A DNA stretch of 38,247 bases, taken from NCBI GenBank assembly GCA_021846725.1, contig JAJZWK010000002.1:1-38247 (forward strand). The letters run 5' to 3'. A program made the translations under genes and the position numbers. Below are positions 16,377-25,090 of the stretch, in pieces. The first letter of the stretch is position 1. Every line of letters begins with the position of its first letter. This DNA comes from Actinomycetes bacterium. GTDB taxonomy: Bacteria; Actinomycetota; Acidimicrobiia; Acidimicrobiales; JAMCPL01. A model generated the notes under the pieces. It was not told the DNA's origin and made no database searches. It saw only the letters and a program-made list of their open reading frames with translations.

Positions 16377-16991
16377 GTGCTTACCCAGATAGCTCACGAT
16401 ATACTGTCAATTCATGGTCCTGTAGCTTACCTGATCATAGGGCTTTTGGTCTTTTCCGAGGATGCTATTATGGTGGGTTTCGTATTGCCCGGAGAGACTG
16501 CTGCAACGGTGGGCGGAGCACTGGCGGCACTTGGTCATTTGCAGTTGGTTCTTGTACTCGTAGTGGTGGCACTTGCAGCTGTGATCGGGGATTCCACTGG
16601 ATATGAATTGGGTAAGTTGGTCGGTCCATACATGCTTGAGCACAGGCCATTGAAGAATCGTCCTGGGGTCGAAAAAGCACGGCAACTGCTGGTTCACTAT
16701 GGTGGCGCAGCTGTATTCCTGGGGCGTTGGGTAGCCGTGGGGCGTGCTATCATCCCTGGATTGGCTGGTATGGCCGGTATGCGCTATCGTACTTTTTTGG
16801 TTTATAACGTATCAGGTGGAATACCCTGGAGCATCACTTATGTTATGATAGGATATATTGTAGGTACCTCCTTTGAGAAGGTGGCATCATATAGTGCATG
16901 GGCATCCGGAGGATTGGTGACTTTAATTGTGGTAGTCGCTGTGATTTGGCATCTCCGGCGCAGGCATCATGCCGAGGGGCTGGTCCAATAG
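16377..16991 (+). CDS. DedA-family (SNARE-associated) inner membrane protein
   Basis: 204-aa ORF with a GTG start and multiple TM segments. DedA signatures present: FSEDAIMVGFVLPGETAA and the later GR..PG...AG region. Confidence 0.85.
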   Translation: MLTQIAHDILSIHGPVAYLIIGLLVFSEDAIMVGFVLPGETAATVGGALAALGHLQLVLVLVVVALAAVIGDSTGYELGKLVGPYMLEHRPLKNRPGVEKARQLLVHYGGAAVFLGRWVAVGRAIIPGLAGMAGMRYRTFLVYNVSGGIPWSITYVMIGYIVGTSFEKVASYSAWASGGLVTLIVVVAVIWHLRRRHHAEGLVQ

Positions 16992-17635
16992 CCGGTTGAG
17001 GAGAAATAATCTATGAGGAGTTCTCCTGCCTCAAAGACGTGTGACTTGGCTGCTTCTCTTGCTTTGTTGGGATCATGTAGACGGAAGGCTTCTATTATAT
17101 CTATATGTCCCTGTTCGGATAGTGAAGACCATCCCTTGACCAGCGCATAGAAACCGTCCGGAATATAGCGTAGGCTTGACAGTAGCATCATGAGGAGCTT
17201 TGGTGATTCAGCTGCCTTATTTATAGTGGCATGGAATTGCCAGTTTGCTTTTTCCATGCCGATAGTATCGTTGACTTGACGACATTCGAGAAATAGTGAT
17301 TCCTGCTTTTCCAAGACATCCAAGATAGAATTATCTGCAATCTCGCAAGCTCGTGCGGTGAGTTCACCGGCCAGAGTTGCATGTATCCAGTAAATGTCAC
17401 GTATATCGTTACGGGTAATCGGAAGTAACTTGAATGATCGGTTTGGTTGTATCTGTACAAATCCTTCTGCTGCCAATCTGAGTAGAGATTCGCGTACTGG
17501 TGTAGTGCTGACTTGTAGCAGCTTGGCCAGTTCGTCCTGCGTAGTACGTTCCGAACGCAACTCTCCGGTCAGTATCATAGTTCTGAGTATATCGGTGACC
17601 TCATCGGCCAGTTTTCTGTATTGCATTGGTTTCAT
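16967..17635 (-). CDS. GntR-family transcriptional regulator (FadR/FCD-type C-terminal domain)
   Basis: 222-aa ORF with an N-terminal winged HTH (LADEVTDILRTMILTGELRSERTTQDELAKLLQVSTTPVRESLLRLAAEGFV) and an all-helical C-terminal domain. It lies 6 nt downstream of the mutase gene on the same strand. Confidence 0.9.
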   Translation of the reverse strand: MKPMQYRKLADEVTDILRTMILTGELRSERTTQDELAKLLQVSTTPVRESLLRLAAEGFVQIQPNRSFKLLPITRNDIRDIYWIHATLAGELTARACEIADNSILDVLEKQESLFLECRQVNDTIGMEKANWQFHATINKAAESPKLLMMLLSSLRYIPDGFYALVKGWSSLSEQGHIDIIEAFRLHDPNKAREAAKSHVFEAGELLIDYFSSTGYWTSPSA

Positions 17636-17641
17636 ATTTTC

Positions 17642-19246
17642 TCAGAATACCACGGGTTGACTGTATTCACCCCAGATTTCCTTGAGAACAGAGGTGATCT
17701 CTCCGACGGTGCAATATTCCCTGGCACATTCCAGTAGTAAAGGCATAAGATTTGTGTCTTGTTCGGTAGCTGCTTTGGCTAGTCTATCTAGACATTGGCG
17801 AACCTTTGTATTGTTACGGCTAGATTTGATATCAGCTAGTCGTTCCAGCTGCATCGATGTTTTCTTCTCATCCATGGCATATCCGTGTATATCCGGTGAA
17901 GGATCGTCGGTTACAAACATGTTTACTCCGACCACCTGGCGCTCTCCCGTCTCGAGCTGCTGCTGAAAACGGTACGCTTCATATGATATCAACTGTTGCA
18001 CGTATCCTTCTTCGACTGCTTTTATCATGCCGCCGTACCTCTCTATGCCGTCCATTACCTCTACAATTTTCTCTTCCATGGCATCTGTCAACTCTTCGAT
18101 GAAGTAAGAGCCACCAAGAGGGTCTACCACTTTTGCAACTCCGGTTTCATATGCGAGTATCTGTTGTGTCCGGAGAGCCAATGTGGTACTTTCCTGGGTA
18201 GGCAGTGCAAATGGCTCATCCCATGCGGCGGTGAAGATGGATTGCACGCCACCGAGTACGGAGGCCATATTTTCGTAGGCTACCCTTATAAGGTTGTTCA
18301 TTGGTTGGCGCGAATAGAGCGATGCTCCTCCACACACGCATCCTGCGCGCAGCATACATGACTTATCGTTTGTGGCGCCAAACCGTTCACGTGCAATTCT
18401 GGCCCATATTCGTCGTCCCGCTCGATACTTTGCAATCTCTTCGAAGAAGTCTCCGTGAGTATAGAAGAAGAAGGATAGCTGGGGCGCAAAATCGTCTATC
18501 TTAAGATGTCCCCGGGAGATCAGCTCTTCACAGTATGTGATTGCATCTGAAAGTGTGAAAGCCATTTCCTGAATAGCATTTGCACCAGCATCTCTGAAAT
18601 GAGCTCCTGCAACTGATATGGCATTGAATAGCGGTAAATTGGTTGCGCAGTATTCTATGGTATCGCCGGTAAGCCTGATACTTGGTCTGGGTGGCCATAT
18701 CCAGGTTCCCCTTGATGCGTATTCCTTTAATATATCGTTCTGTATGGTACCCCGTAAGCGGCTGATTTCTACCCCCTGTCTTTCTGCTGTAACGATATAG
18801 AATGCCAATATGATCGCAGCCGTACCGTTTATGGTGAAGCTAACGCTTACCTTATCCAATGGTATACCGTTGAACAGTATTTCCATATCCTTGATCGAGT
18901 CAATTGCTACACCGACGCGACCGACTTCTCCTTCAGCTTCTATATCATTGGAGTCGTAACCGCATTGAGTGGGAAGATCAAGCGCAACAGATAGACCAGT
19001 AGCTCCCTGGCTGAGTAGATACTTGTATCGTTCGTTCGACTCTTCAGCAGTTCCAAATCCGGAGTATTGCCTGAATGTCCAGAGGCGCTCCCTGTATCCG
19101 GTGGCGAAGTTGCCACGTGTATAGGGAAACTGACCTGGGTTGCTGAGTTTTGAGTCGTAATCAAAGTGTACTTCGGGAGTATAGAAAGGTGCTAACGGTA
19201 TACCTGATGGTGTCATGTATCTGTTCTCGTTGCCGGGTAAATCCAC
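17642..19246 (-). CDS. methylmalonyl-CoA mutase family, large (substrate-binding TIM-barrel) subunit without a B12-binding domain
   Basis: 534-aa ORF with YTRGNF..GYRERLWTFRQYSGFGTAEESNERYKYLL and the SVALDLPTQ and FNAISVAGAHFRDAGA motifs. The ORF ends before any DxHxxG cobalamin domain. The GTG start at 19246 is uncertain; the ATG 10 codons downstream is an alternative. Confidence 0.9.
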   Translation of the reverse strand: MDLPGNENRYMTPSGIPLAPFYTPEVHFDYDSKLSNPGQFPYTRGNFATGYRERLWTFRQYSGFGTAEESNERYKYLLSQGATGLSVALDLPTQCGYDSNDIEAEGEVGRVGVAIDSIKDMEILFNGIPLDKVSVSFTINGTAAIILAFYIVTAERQGVEISRLRGTIQNDILKEYASRGTWIWPPRPSIRLTGDTIEYCATNLPLFNAISVAGAHFRDAGANAIQEMAFTLSDAITYCEELISRGHLKIDDFAPQLSFFFYTHGDFFEEIAKYRAGRRIWARIARERFGATNDKSCMLRAGCVCGGASLYSRQPMNNLIRVAYENMASVLGGVQSIFTAAWDEPFALPTQESTTLALRTQQILAYETGVAKVVDPLGGSYFIEELTDAMEEKIVEVMDGIERYGGMIKAVEEGYVQQLISYEAYRFQQQLETGERQVVGVNMFVTDDPSPDIHGYAMDEKKTSMQLERLADIKSSRNNTKVRQCLDRLAKAATEQDTNLMPLLLECAREYCTVGEITSVLKEIWGEYSQPVVF

Positions 19247-19248
19247 AG

Positions 19249-19266
19249 ATATATGATATCATATAT
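19249..19266. promoter_or_regulatory. 18-bp perfect palindrome immediately upstream of the mutase-GntR operon (candidate operator/promoter element)
   Basis: atatatgat|atcatatat at 19249-19266, 3 nt upstream of the GTG start. On the minus strand, TATCAT (a TANNNT -10-like hexamer) ends 6 nt before the GTG. Confidence 0.3.
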
Positions 19267-19342
19267 TTTATTGGTAATGAAATGATCACCATAGCTACAA
19301 CTGGGACTTATGTTTGCCGGTGGTTGGATTTGGGGGAGGTCG

Positions 19343-20176
19343 TTAATCCTCTACTGCAGTAGCTGGTATGCCGTCGAGCGATGTAGGTGCAACACGAGCA
19401 GGAGCCAATTCGTATGCTTCCTGTGCAGTCATCTTTGACTTTCGCCTTATTTTCCGCCCAAGCCATGCTATGGGATCGTATGAGGCGTCAACGACTCTTT
19501 CCTTGAGCGGTATGATTGCGTTGTCTGTAATTTTGATATGCTCCGGGCAGACTTCAGTGCAGCATTTTGTTATATTGCAGAATCCCAGACCCAGGTACTC
19601 GCGCATAAGCGCTCTACGATCTACAGTGTCCAGAGGGTGCATCTCCAGAGAAGCCAATTTTACGAAGAACCTTGGCCCAGCATAATACAGCTTGTTCACT
19701 TCGTGGTCGCGTATTACATGGCATACATCCTGACATAGGAAGCACTCTATGCATTTGTGAAACTCCTGTGCCCTGTCTATATCGACTTGTTGCATCCTGT
19801 AGGTTCCGTCCGGTTGAGGTTTGCCGGGAGTAAAAGGCGGGATCTGTCTGGCCATGACATAGTTGAACGAAACATCTGTCACTAGATCCTTTATTATAGG
19901 GAATGTTTTCATCGGGGTAATCGTTATTGTATCGTTTGGTAATGTATCCATTCTTGTCATGCACATCAGGCTGGGTTTACCGTCTATTTCTGCTGAACAG
20001 GAGCCGCACTTACCGGCCTTGCAATTCCACCGGCAGGCCAGGTCGGGGGCGAGGGTGGCCTGTATGCGATGGACTACGTCGAGAACCACCTCCCCCTCCA
20101 CTCTTTCCAACTTGTACTGCTCAAAGTTACCGCCATTGGAATCGCCTCTCCAGATGTTCATGGTTACTTCGGTCAT
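19343..20176 (-). CDS. sdhB: succinate dehydrogenase/fumarate reductase iron-sulfur subunit
   Basis: 277-aa ORF with 2Fe-2S (CRWNCKAGKCGSC...C) and 4Fe-4S/3Fe-4S (CIECFLCQDVC; CNITKCCTEVCP) cysteine clusters. Confidence 0.95.
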   Translation of the reverse strand: MTEVTMNIWRGDSNGGNFEQYKLERVEGEVVLDVVHRIQATLAPDLACRWNCKAGKCGSCSAEIDGKPSLMCMTRMDTLPNDTITITPMKTFPIIKDLVTDVSFNYVMARQIPPFTPGKPQPDGTYRMQQVDIDRAQEFHKCIECFLCQDVCHVIRDHEVNKLYYAGPRFFVKLASLEMHPLDTVDRRALMREYLGLGFCNITKCCTEVCPEHIKITDNAIIPLKERVVDASYDPIAWLGRKIRRKSKMTAQEAYELAPARVAPTSLDGIPATAVED

Positions 20177-20317
20177 CTATTCATATCCTTTCTCAAGTTG
20201 TATTCAACTATCATTCTTATCGGTGTTTCCGTTCTGCCTACGATTATCAGTGCTTCTGTTTACCAGGGCATGCCCTATTAAGTGCTCATACTTTTCAGTT
20301 GTCTGCTCCTGCTTGCC

Positions 20318-20376
20318 CAGTGCTCATCCTGCCCTGTTCGACCCTGCTCAGTAATCGACCCTGCTCAGTGCTCATC
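20318..20376. repeat. nested direct repeats copying the sdhA 3' end into the sdhA-sdhB spacer
   Basis: cagtgctcatc occurs at 20318-20328 and 20366-20376 (period 48). tcgaccctgctcagt occurs at 20338-20352 and 20355-20369 (period 17). A third partial copy, agtgctcat, lies at 20281-20289. The sdhA stop is at 20365-20367. Confidence 0.95.
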
Positions 20377-22176
20377 TTCGAAGAGAGCCTTTAGTTCATC
20401 TGGCATTTTCAGTAATGGCTCTGGCTGTATAGAGTGTTCTCCGTCACGTTTTCGCTGTACGAAGTTTACCTTTCCAAGCTCAGGGTCAGGCTGGGGATAA
20501 TCGTCTCTAGTGTGACCGCCTCTCGATTCCTTTCTCTCAAGGGCACCTCTAGTTACCATCTCTGACAATGAGAGCATTGACGGAAGGTCTGTCGCGAGAT
20601 TCCAGGACGGATTGTACTGCTTGCCACCGTTGACCGATACTCTGCCGAGCCGATCCTTCAGCTCTGATATCTTTTCCAGAGCTTGGCGCAACTCGGCTTC
20701 TGTACGAATAATGCCTACAAGCCTTTGCATGCAATCTTGTAGGTCGGCTTGGAGAGTATAGGGGCTTTCACCGTTTTCGTCATTGAATGGACGCATAGCT
20801 TCGTTCGCCGCTTCCAGCGCTTGCCCCATTTCCGGTTCAGGTGTACCAGAGAACCCTTCAGCATGGTCTGCGGCTCCTATACCTGCTCTACGTCCGAATA
20901 CTACTAGATCTGAGAGGGAGTTACCACCGAGCCTGTTTGCTCCGTGCATTCCACCGGCAACTTCTCCTGCTGCAAATAGGCCAGGAACAGTTGCGGCTTC
21001 AGTTTCAGCATCTACCCTTACCCCGCCCATCATGTAATGACATGTAGGACCAACCTCCATTGGTTGTCTGGTAATGTCTACTCCTGCAAGTTCGAGAAAT
21101 TGAGTATACATGGACGGTAGCTTTCTTTTTATCTCATCGGGAGTCAGTCGTGTAGCAATATCTAGGAATACTCCTCCGTGTGGGCTTCCCCTACCAGCTT
21201 TTACCTCTGAGTTTATTGCTCTGGCTACTTCATCTCGTGGTAATAGGTCAGGTGTACGACGGGCAGATGAATGGTCGGCATACCATCTGTCAGCTTCTTC
21301 CTCGGTATCGGCAGTTTCTGCCCTAAACATATCCGGTATGTAATTGAACATGAAACGTTCATTATTTGAGTTACGCAATACACCGCCGTCGCCACGAACC
21401 CCTTCTGTCACGAGCAGACCTCTTACAGAGAGCGGCCATACCATTCCTGTGGGATGAAACTGTACGCATTCCATGTCTATCATGTCTGCTCCTACCTGAA
21501 ACGCCAGGGCATGACCGTCTCCAGTCGACTCCCATGAGTTGGAGGTGTATTTCCAAGATTTTCCGATGCCACCTGTTGCAAGTATCACTGCTTTGGCTTT
21601 GAACAGTATTAGATCTCCTGATGGTCTCCAGTATCCTATTGCTCCGCAGACGTTTCCACTTGAGTCGGTGAGCAGGCGCAGGATTTTACATTCCATGAAT
21701 ACCTCTATGCCCATGCTTATAGCCTTGTACTGTAGTGTGCGGATCATTTCTAGACCTGTCCTGTCACCTACATGAGCCAATCGTGCATACTTATGACCAC
21801 CGAAATCACGCTGGTGTATGCGCCCGTCTTCTGTACGGTCAAACAATGCTCCCCATGCCTCCAATTCGAGTACGCGATCAGGCGCTTCTTGAGCGTGCAG
21901 TTGTGCCATGCGCCAATTGTTCAACATCTTGCCACCTCGCATAGTGTCTCTGAAGTGGACTTTCCATCCATCTTCCGGATACACATTGCCGAGTGATGCA
22001 GCGATTCCTCCTTCAGCCATTACCGTATGGGCCTTACCGAATAGAGATTTACATACGACAGCGGTCGACAATCCTCTTGATCTGGTCTCTATCGCTGCCC
22101 TGAGGCCTGCTCCACCAGCACCAATAATAAGAATGTCGAATGATTGGCTGGTAATATCACTTGCTACTATATTCAT
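20365..22176 (-). CDS. sdhA: succinate dehydrogenase/fumarate reductase flavoprotein subunit
   Basis: 603-aa ORF with the FAD-binding motif DILIIGAGGAGLRAA, the covalent-FAD histidine region (HTVMAEGG), and the HPTG and RLGGNSL motifs. Confidence 0.96.
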   Translation of the reverse strand: MNIVASDITSQSFDILIIGAGGAGLRAAIETRSRGLSTAVVCKSLFGKAHTVMAEGGIAASLGNVYPEDGWKVHFRDTMRGGKMLNNWRMAQLHAQEAPDRVLELEAWGALFDRTEDGRIHQRDFGGHKYARLAHVGDRTGLEMIRTLQYKAISMGIEVFMECKILRLLTDSSGNVCGAIGYWRPSGDLILFKAKAVILATGGIGKSWKYTSNSWESTGDGHALAFQVGADMIDMECVQFHPTGMVWPLSVRGLLVTEGVRGDGGVLRNSNNERFMFNYIPDMFRAETADTEEEADRWYADHSSARRTPDLLPRDEVARAINSEVKAGRGSPHGGVFLDIATRLTPDEIKRKLPSMYTQFLELAGVDITRQPMEVGPTCHYMMGGVRVDAETEAATVPGLFAAGEVAGGMHGANRLGGNSLSDLVVFGRRAGIGAADHAEGFSGTPEPEMGQALEAANEAMRPFNDENGESPYTLQADLQDCMQRLVGIIRTEAELRQALEKISELKDRLGRVSVNGGKQYNPSWNLATDLPSMLSLSEMVTRGALERKESRGGHTRDDYPQPDPELGKVNFVQRKRDGEHSIQPEPLLKMPDELKALFEDEH

Positions 22177-22191
22177 TAGCGTAAATCCCTT

Positions 22192-23037
22192 CTAAAATAT
22201 TTTGTAATCGTGGATGATGCCGCTGGCAACCAGCCGTACGTATAAATCGCTCAAAGCCACGAATATCAAACTAACCCATGCCAGTTGCATATGCCTTTCG
22301 TTCAGCGGAGTGATCATCTTCCATAGCCGATAACGTATTCGATGCTTCGAGAATTCGTTTATTTGCCCTCCACAAATATGGCGACAGGCGTGGCAAGATA
22401 CCGAATAGATCCACAGCAAGGCAGCATTGACGCAGAGTACAAGCGTTCCTACGCTAAATCCTATGCCTTGCCCCGGAAAGTCGAAGGCCAATATGGCGTC
22501 CATAGTGAGTACAACGTTGAATAGCAGGGCGAGATATAGAAAGTATCGGTGTACGTTGTGTAGTATCAGAGGGAATCGTGTTTCTCCTGTGTAGTTCTTA
22601 TGTCCGTCCGCAACTCCACATGCAGGAGGTGATTGCCAGAAGGAGCGGTAGTAGGCTTTCCTGTAATAGTAACAAGTCAATCGGAATCCAAGCGGTACTA
22701 TCAATATGAGTAGAGCAGGAGAGAAATTCCAGAAAGATGCCCATATTCCCAGTGGATGGCTACCGGCAACTCGCTGGCAACTCTCTGCGATGCAGGGGGA
22801 GTAGAACGGTGATATTAGATTACGATGCATTTTTGCGCCAACGTAGTAGTCCTTACCTTGGAATGCAGCGAATGTGGCATACGCTACAAAGGAAGTGAGA
22901 ACTGTGACGGTTACTGCTGGACTGACCCACCACCTGTCTGTACGTAGGGTAGATTTATCAGTAGGGCCACCTCGCGCTTTTCCTATTTCTACTGGAACTA
23001 CCTGGGGAACTGTTCCTTGTTCTTGAGCTATGGTCAA
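22192..23037 (-). CDS. sdhC: succinate dehydrogenase membrane anchor / cytochrome b subunit (single large multi-TM type)
   Basis: 281-aa polytopic ORF directly upstream of sdhA. The order and size resemble the mycobacterial Sdh1 anchor-flavoprotein-FeS operon. TTG start with AAGGAGG 6 nt upstream. Confidence 0.8.
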   Translation of the reverse strand: MTIAQEQGTVPQVVPVEIGKARGGPTDKSTLRTDRWWVSPAVTVTVLTSFVAYATFAAFQGKDYYVGAKMHRNLISPFYSPCIAESCQRVAGSHPLGIWASFWNFSPALLILIVPLGFRLTCYYYRKAYYRSFWQSPPACGVADGHKNYTGETRFPLILHNVHRYFLYLALLFNVVLTMDAILAFDFPGQGIGFSVGTLVLCVNAALLWIYSVSCHACRHICGGQINEFSKHRIRYRLWKMITPLNERHMQLAWVSLIFVALSDLYVRLVASGIIHDYKIF

Positions 23038-23216
23038 TGTTACCTCCTTAACTGATATTGAAGTTAGTCCAAGGTGGTCTCCCTATGCAAGTTTTTATGT
23101 TTTATAACATAAAAAACAATTTTCATAAATGGGTTGCATTTTTTGTTCAATAAGCGCATACTAACAAAATTGTAATTACAAGCATGATATATTGCTAGTG
23201 AAGGGAGGCAATACAA

Positions 23217-23525
23217 GTGGAAGCTATGAGAGTGGAGAATATGTTGCAGACGATTGATGACACAGAGGAACTCGCTTGGAAGCTACAAGCCAATTGTTCT
23301 GGAGTGGATCCAGACCTCTTTTTCCCAGAGCGCGGTGCCTCTACAAAAGAGGCAAAATCTGTATGTAGGGAATGTGCGGTGAGAAGAGAATGTTTAGAGT
23401 ATGCTATTCGCCACGGAGAGAAATTTGGTATTTGGGGCGGCATGTCTGAGCGTGAAAGGCGTAGGATACGTCGTACCAGGGCAATATCTTTGAGGCAAAG
23501 AGCATCTACTTCTGTAGCATCATAA
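23217..23525 (+). CDS. WhiB-family (Wbl) Fe-S transcriptional regulator
   Basis: 102-aa ORF with a GTG start and GGGAGG 8 nt upstream. It has the four-Cys pattern C..(n)..CRECAVRRECLEYA, the GIWGG turn, and a basic tail (ERERRRIRRTR). Confidence 0.92.
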   Translation: MEAMRVENMLQTIDDTEELAWKLQANCSGVDPDLFFPERGASTKEAKSVCRECAVRRECLEYAIRHGEKFGIWGGMSERERRRIRRTRAISLRQRASTSVAS

Positions 23526-23622
23526 TTAATTTTCTCGTGCAAATGGGACGATATGGAAGGTGGTCCCTCATAGGTGTAGGTGAGAGTCTGTAGCATCATA
23601 ATTAATTTTCTCGTGCAAATGG
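23511..23622. repeat. 36-nt perfect direct repeat (period 76) copying the whiB 3' end and stop
   Basis: tctgtagcatcataattaattttctcgtgcaaatgg occurs at 23511-23546, containing the TAA stop at 23523-23525, and again at 23587-23622. A third partial copy (17 nt, 1 mismatch) at 23656-23672 lies inside the 3' end of the convergent formimidoyltransferase gene. Confidence 0.97.
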
Positions 23623-23650
23623 ACCCACTTTAGTCGCACGTACATGGTAT

Positions 23651-24490
23651 CTACCTCTGTAGCATCGTAATTCTCTTTTCTATTGTCCGTTCTGGGCAGA
23701 TGTCTAACTGCTCGTAACGGTTTGGTGGTATTGTCGCCAGGCATTCGGCAGGAAGTAAGCCGACAAGTTCAGCTTTGGAGATGACGACTCCCTTGGATAG
23801 TGCTAGTTTTTCCACTGTATCATAGAGGTTGTCAATTTTTATTGTTGTCGTGTCGACTATATTGAATGATACTTGGGTCATATCACCGACCGTCAAACCT
23901 AGTGTGCGTAATTGATCGTTTCGCAATGATTTGGCGATATATTTGGCGATTGCTAACTCTGTTGTGTCTAGCCAGATATTGTAAGCTATCAACGCCTCTC
24001 TAGCCCCAACGCAGCATGCACCCGCGGTAGGGTGAGGTAGTTTGAGCCCATTGTCGGGCATTATTTTGGTAAATGCATCCTTGCGTATTTCAGGTAGGCT
24101 ATGCCCGTTCCCGTATAGAAAACATGGGATATCCAGCGTTCCCAACCATTCGCATAACCTATCCCTTGTCTCTATTGCTTTTGAAAATGCTGCCTTATCC
24201 TTGGTGGGGTGTCCGTAGTTGTCCAATGGAACAAGAGGGATTACATCGACTGCCCCTAATCGTGGATGCACCCCTGAGTGCTTGGAAATATCAATGTTTT
24301 CCAATGATACAAGCACAACATCTTGAATAGTAGCCATGAGGGCAATATCGTTTCCAGCTAGCGTGAGAACTGATCGGTTATGGTAGGGATCAGAGTGAAT
24401 ATCCAAGAAGCAGGCAGCCGACAGGGATGACAACCTGTCGAGCAGTGCGCGATTTTTCCCTTCACTGATATTTATGGCAGATTCAAGCAT
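23651..24490 (-). CDS. ftcD: glutamate formimidoyltransferase (FTCD N-terminal-type domain only)
   Basis: 279-aa ORF with the N-terminal INISEGKN motif characteristic of formiminotransferases. Its length fits the two-subdomain transferase without a cyclodeaminase domain. Confidence 0.8.
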   Translation of the reverse strand: MLESAINISEGKNRALLDRLSSLSAACFLDIHSDPYHNRSVLTLAGNDIALMATIQDVVLVSLENIDISKHSGVHPRLGAVDVIPLVPLDNYGHPTKDKAAFSKAIETRDRLCEWLGTLDIPCFLYGNGHSLPEIRKDAFTKIMPDNGLKLPHPTAGACCVGAREALIAYNIWLDTTELAIAKYIAKSLRNDQLRTLGLTVGDMTQVSFNIVDTTTIKIDNLYDTVEKLALSKGVVISKAELVGLLPAECLATIPPNRYEQLDICPERTIEKRITMLQR

Positions 24491-24518
24491 GTGTACTAAC
24501 TGATTTTCTGAGTGGCTT

Positions 24519-24546
24519 TGTTGTAGTACGTTTGTCGTAGTACGTT
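24519..24546. repeat. 14-nt tandem duplication (1 mismatch)
   Basis: tgttgtagtacgtt at 24519-24532 followed directly by tgtcgtagtacgtt at 24533-24546. It lies in the spacer between the second whiB and ftcD. Confidence 0.9.
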
Positions 24547-24624
24547 CTGAGTAAACAGTCTCTTAGCAATGTTGGTATTCAGAGCTTATACTGCTGTGCC
24601 TGTTCGTAAGTTTTTCAGAGAAAG

Positions 24625-24642
24625 AACAGCTATTTAGCTGTT
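24625..24642 (-). terminator. weak candidate terminator hairpin overlapping the whiB stop
   Basis: Inverted repeat aacagcta/tagctgtt, effectively 6-7 bp with a small loop. On the minus strand it is followed by CTTTCTCTG. Confidence 0.25.
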
Positions 24643-24882
24643 TGTCTGAACACTGGCCAAGCGACGCCTGCGCAGAATACGCCTACGCTCTCTTTCAGAT
24701 GCGCCTCCCCATACACCGTGATCTATATGTCCAGCTAGAGCATACTCAAGACATTGCAGGCGCACATTGCATTCAGCACAGATTCGTTGAGCTACCTGTA
24801 CTCCCACTCCGTCATTGGGAAAGAAAATATCCGGGTCCATATCCTTGCACTTAGCATCCGCCATCCAATCTGTATTCATCAT
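24634..24882 (-). CDS. WhiB-family (Wbl) Fe-S transcriptional regulator
   Basis: 82-aa ORF with CKDMDPDIFFP...CAECNVRLQCLEYA, the GVWGG turn and an ERERRRILRRRR tail. Confidence 0.93.
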   Translation of the reverse strand: MMNTDWMADAKCKDMDPDIFFPNDGVGVQVAQRICAECNVRLQCLEYALAGHIDHGVWGGASERERRRILRRRRLASVQTNS

Positions 24883-24890
24883 TACTTTTT

Positions 24891-24919
24891 ATTATACCAT
24901 TTCCGTATCTATTTGTCAC
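24891..24919 (-). promoter_or_regulatory. near-consensus promoter of the second whiB; mRNA probably leaderless
   Basis: On the minus strand: GTGACA (24919-24914), a 17-nt spacer, then TGgTATAAT (extended -10; hexamer at 24896-24891). Only 8 nt separate the -10 from the ATG at 24882, and there is no Shine-Dalgarno. Confidence 0.55.
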
Positions 24920-25027
24920 GTAATTAATTTTATACTTTCATGACCTGAACTAATAGTGTTGCTGACATCTTTCCCATGGCCGAAGACAGGGGTTGCAGTG
25001 TGTGGTCATGTAGCTATCAATCATGTC

Positions 25028-25071
<44 letters not shown>

Positions 25072-25090
25072 CAGCCTTCTCCAGATCTAG

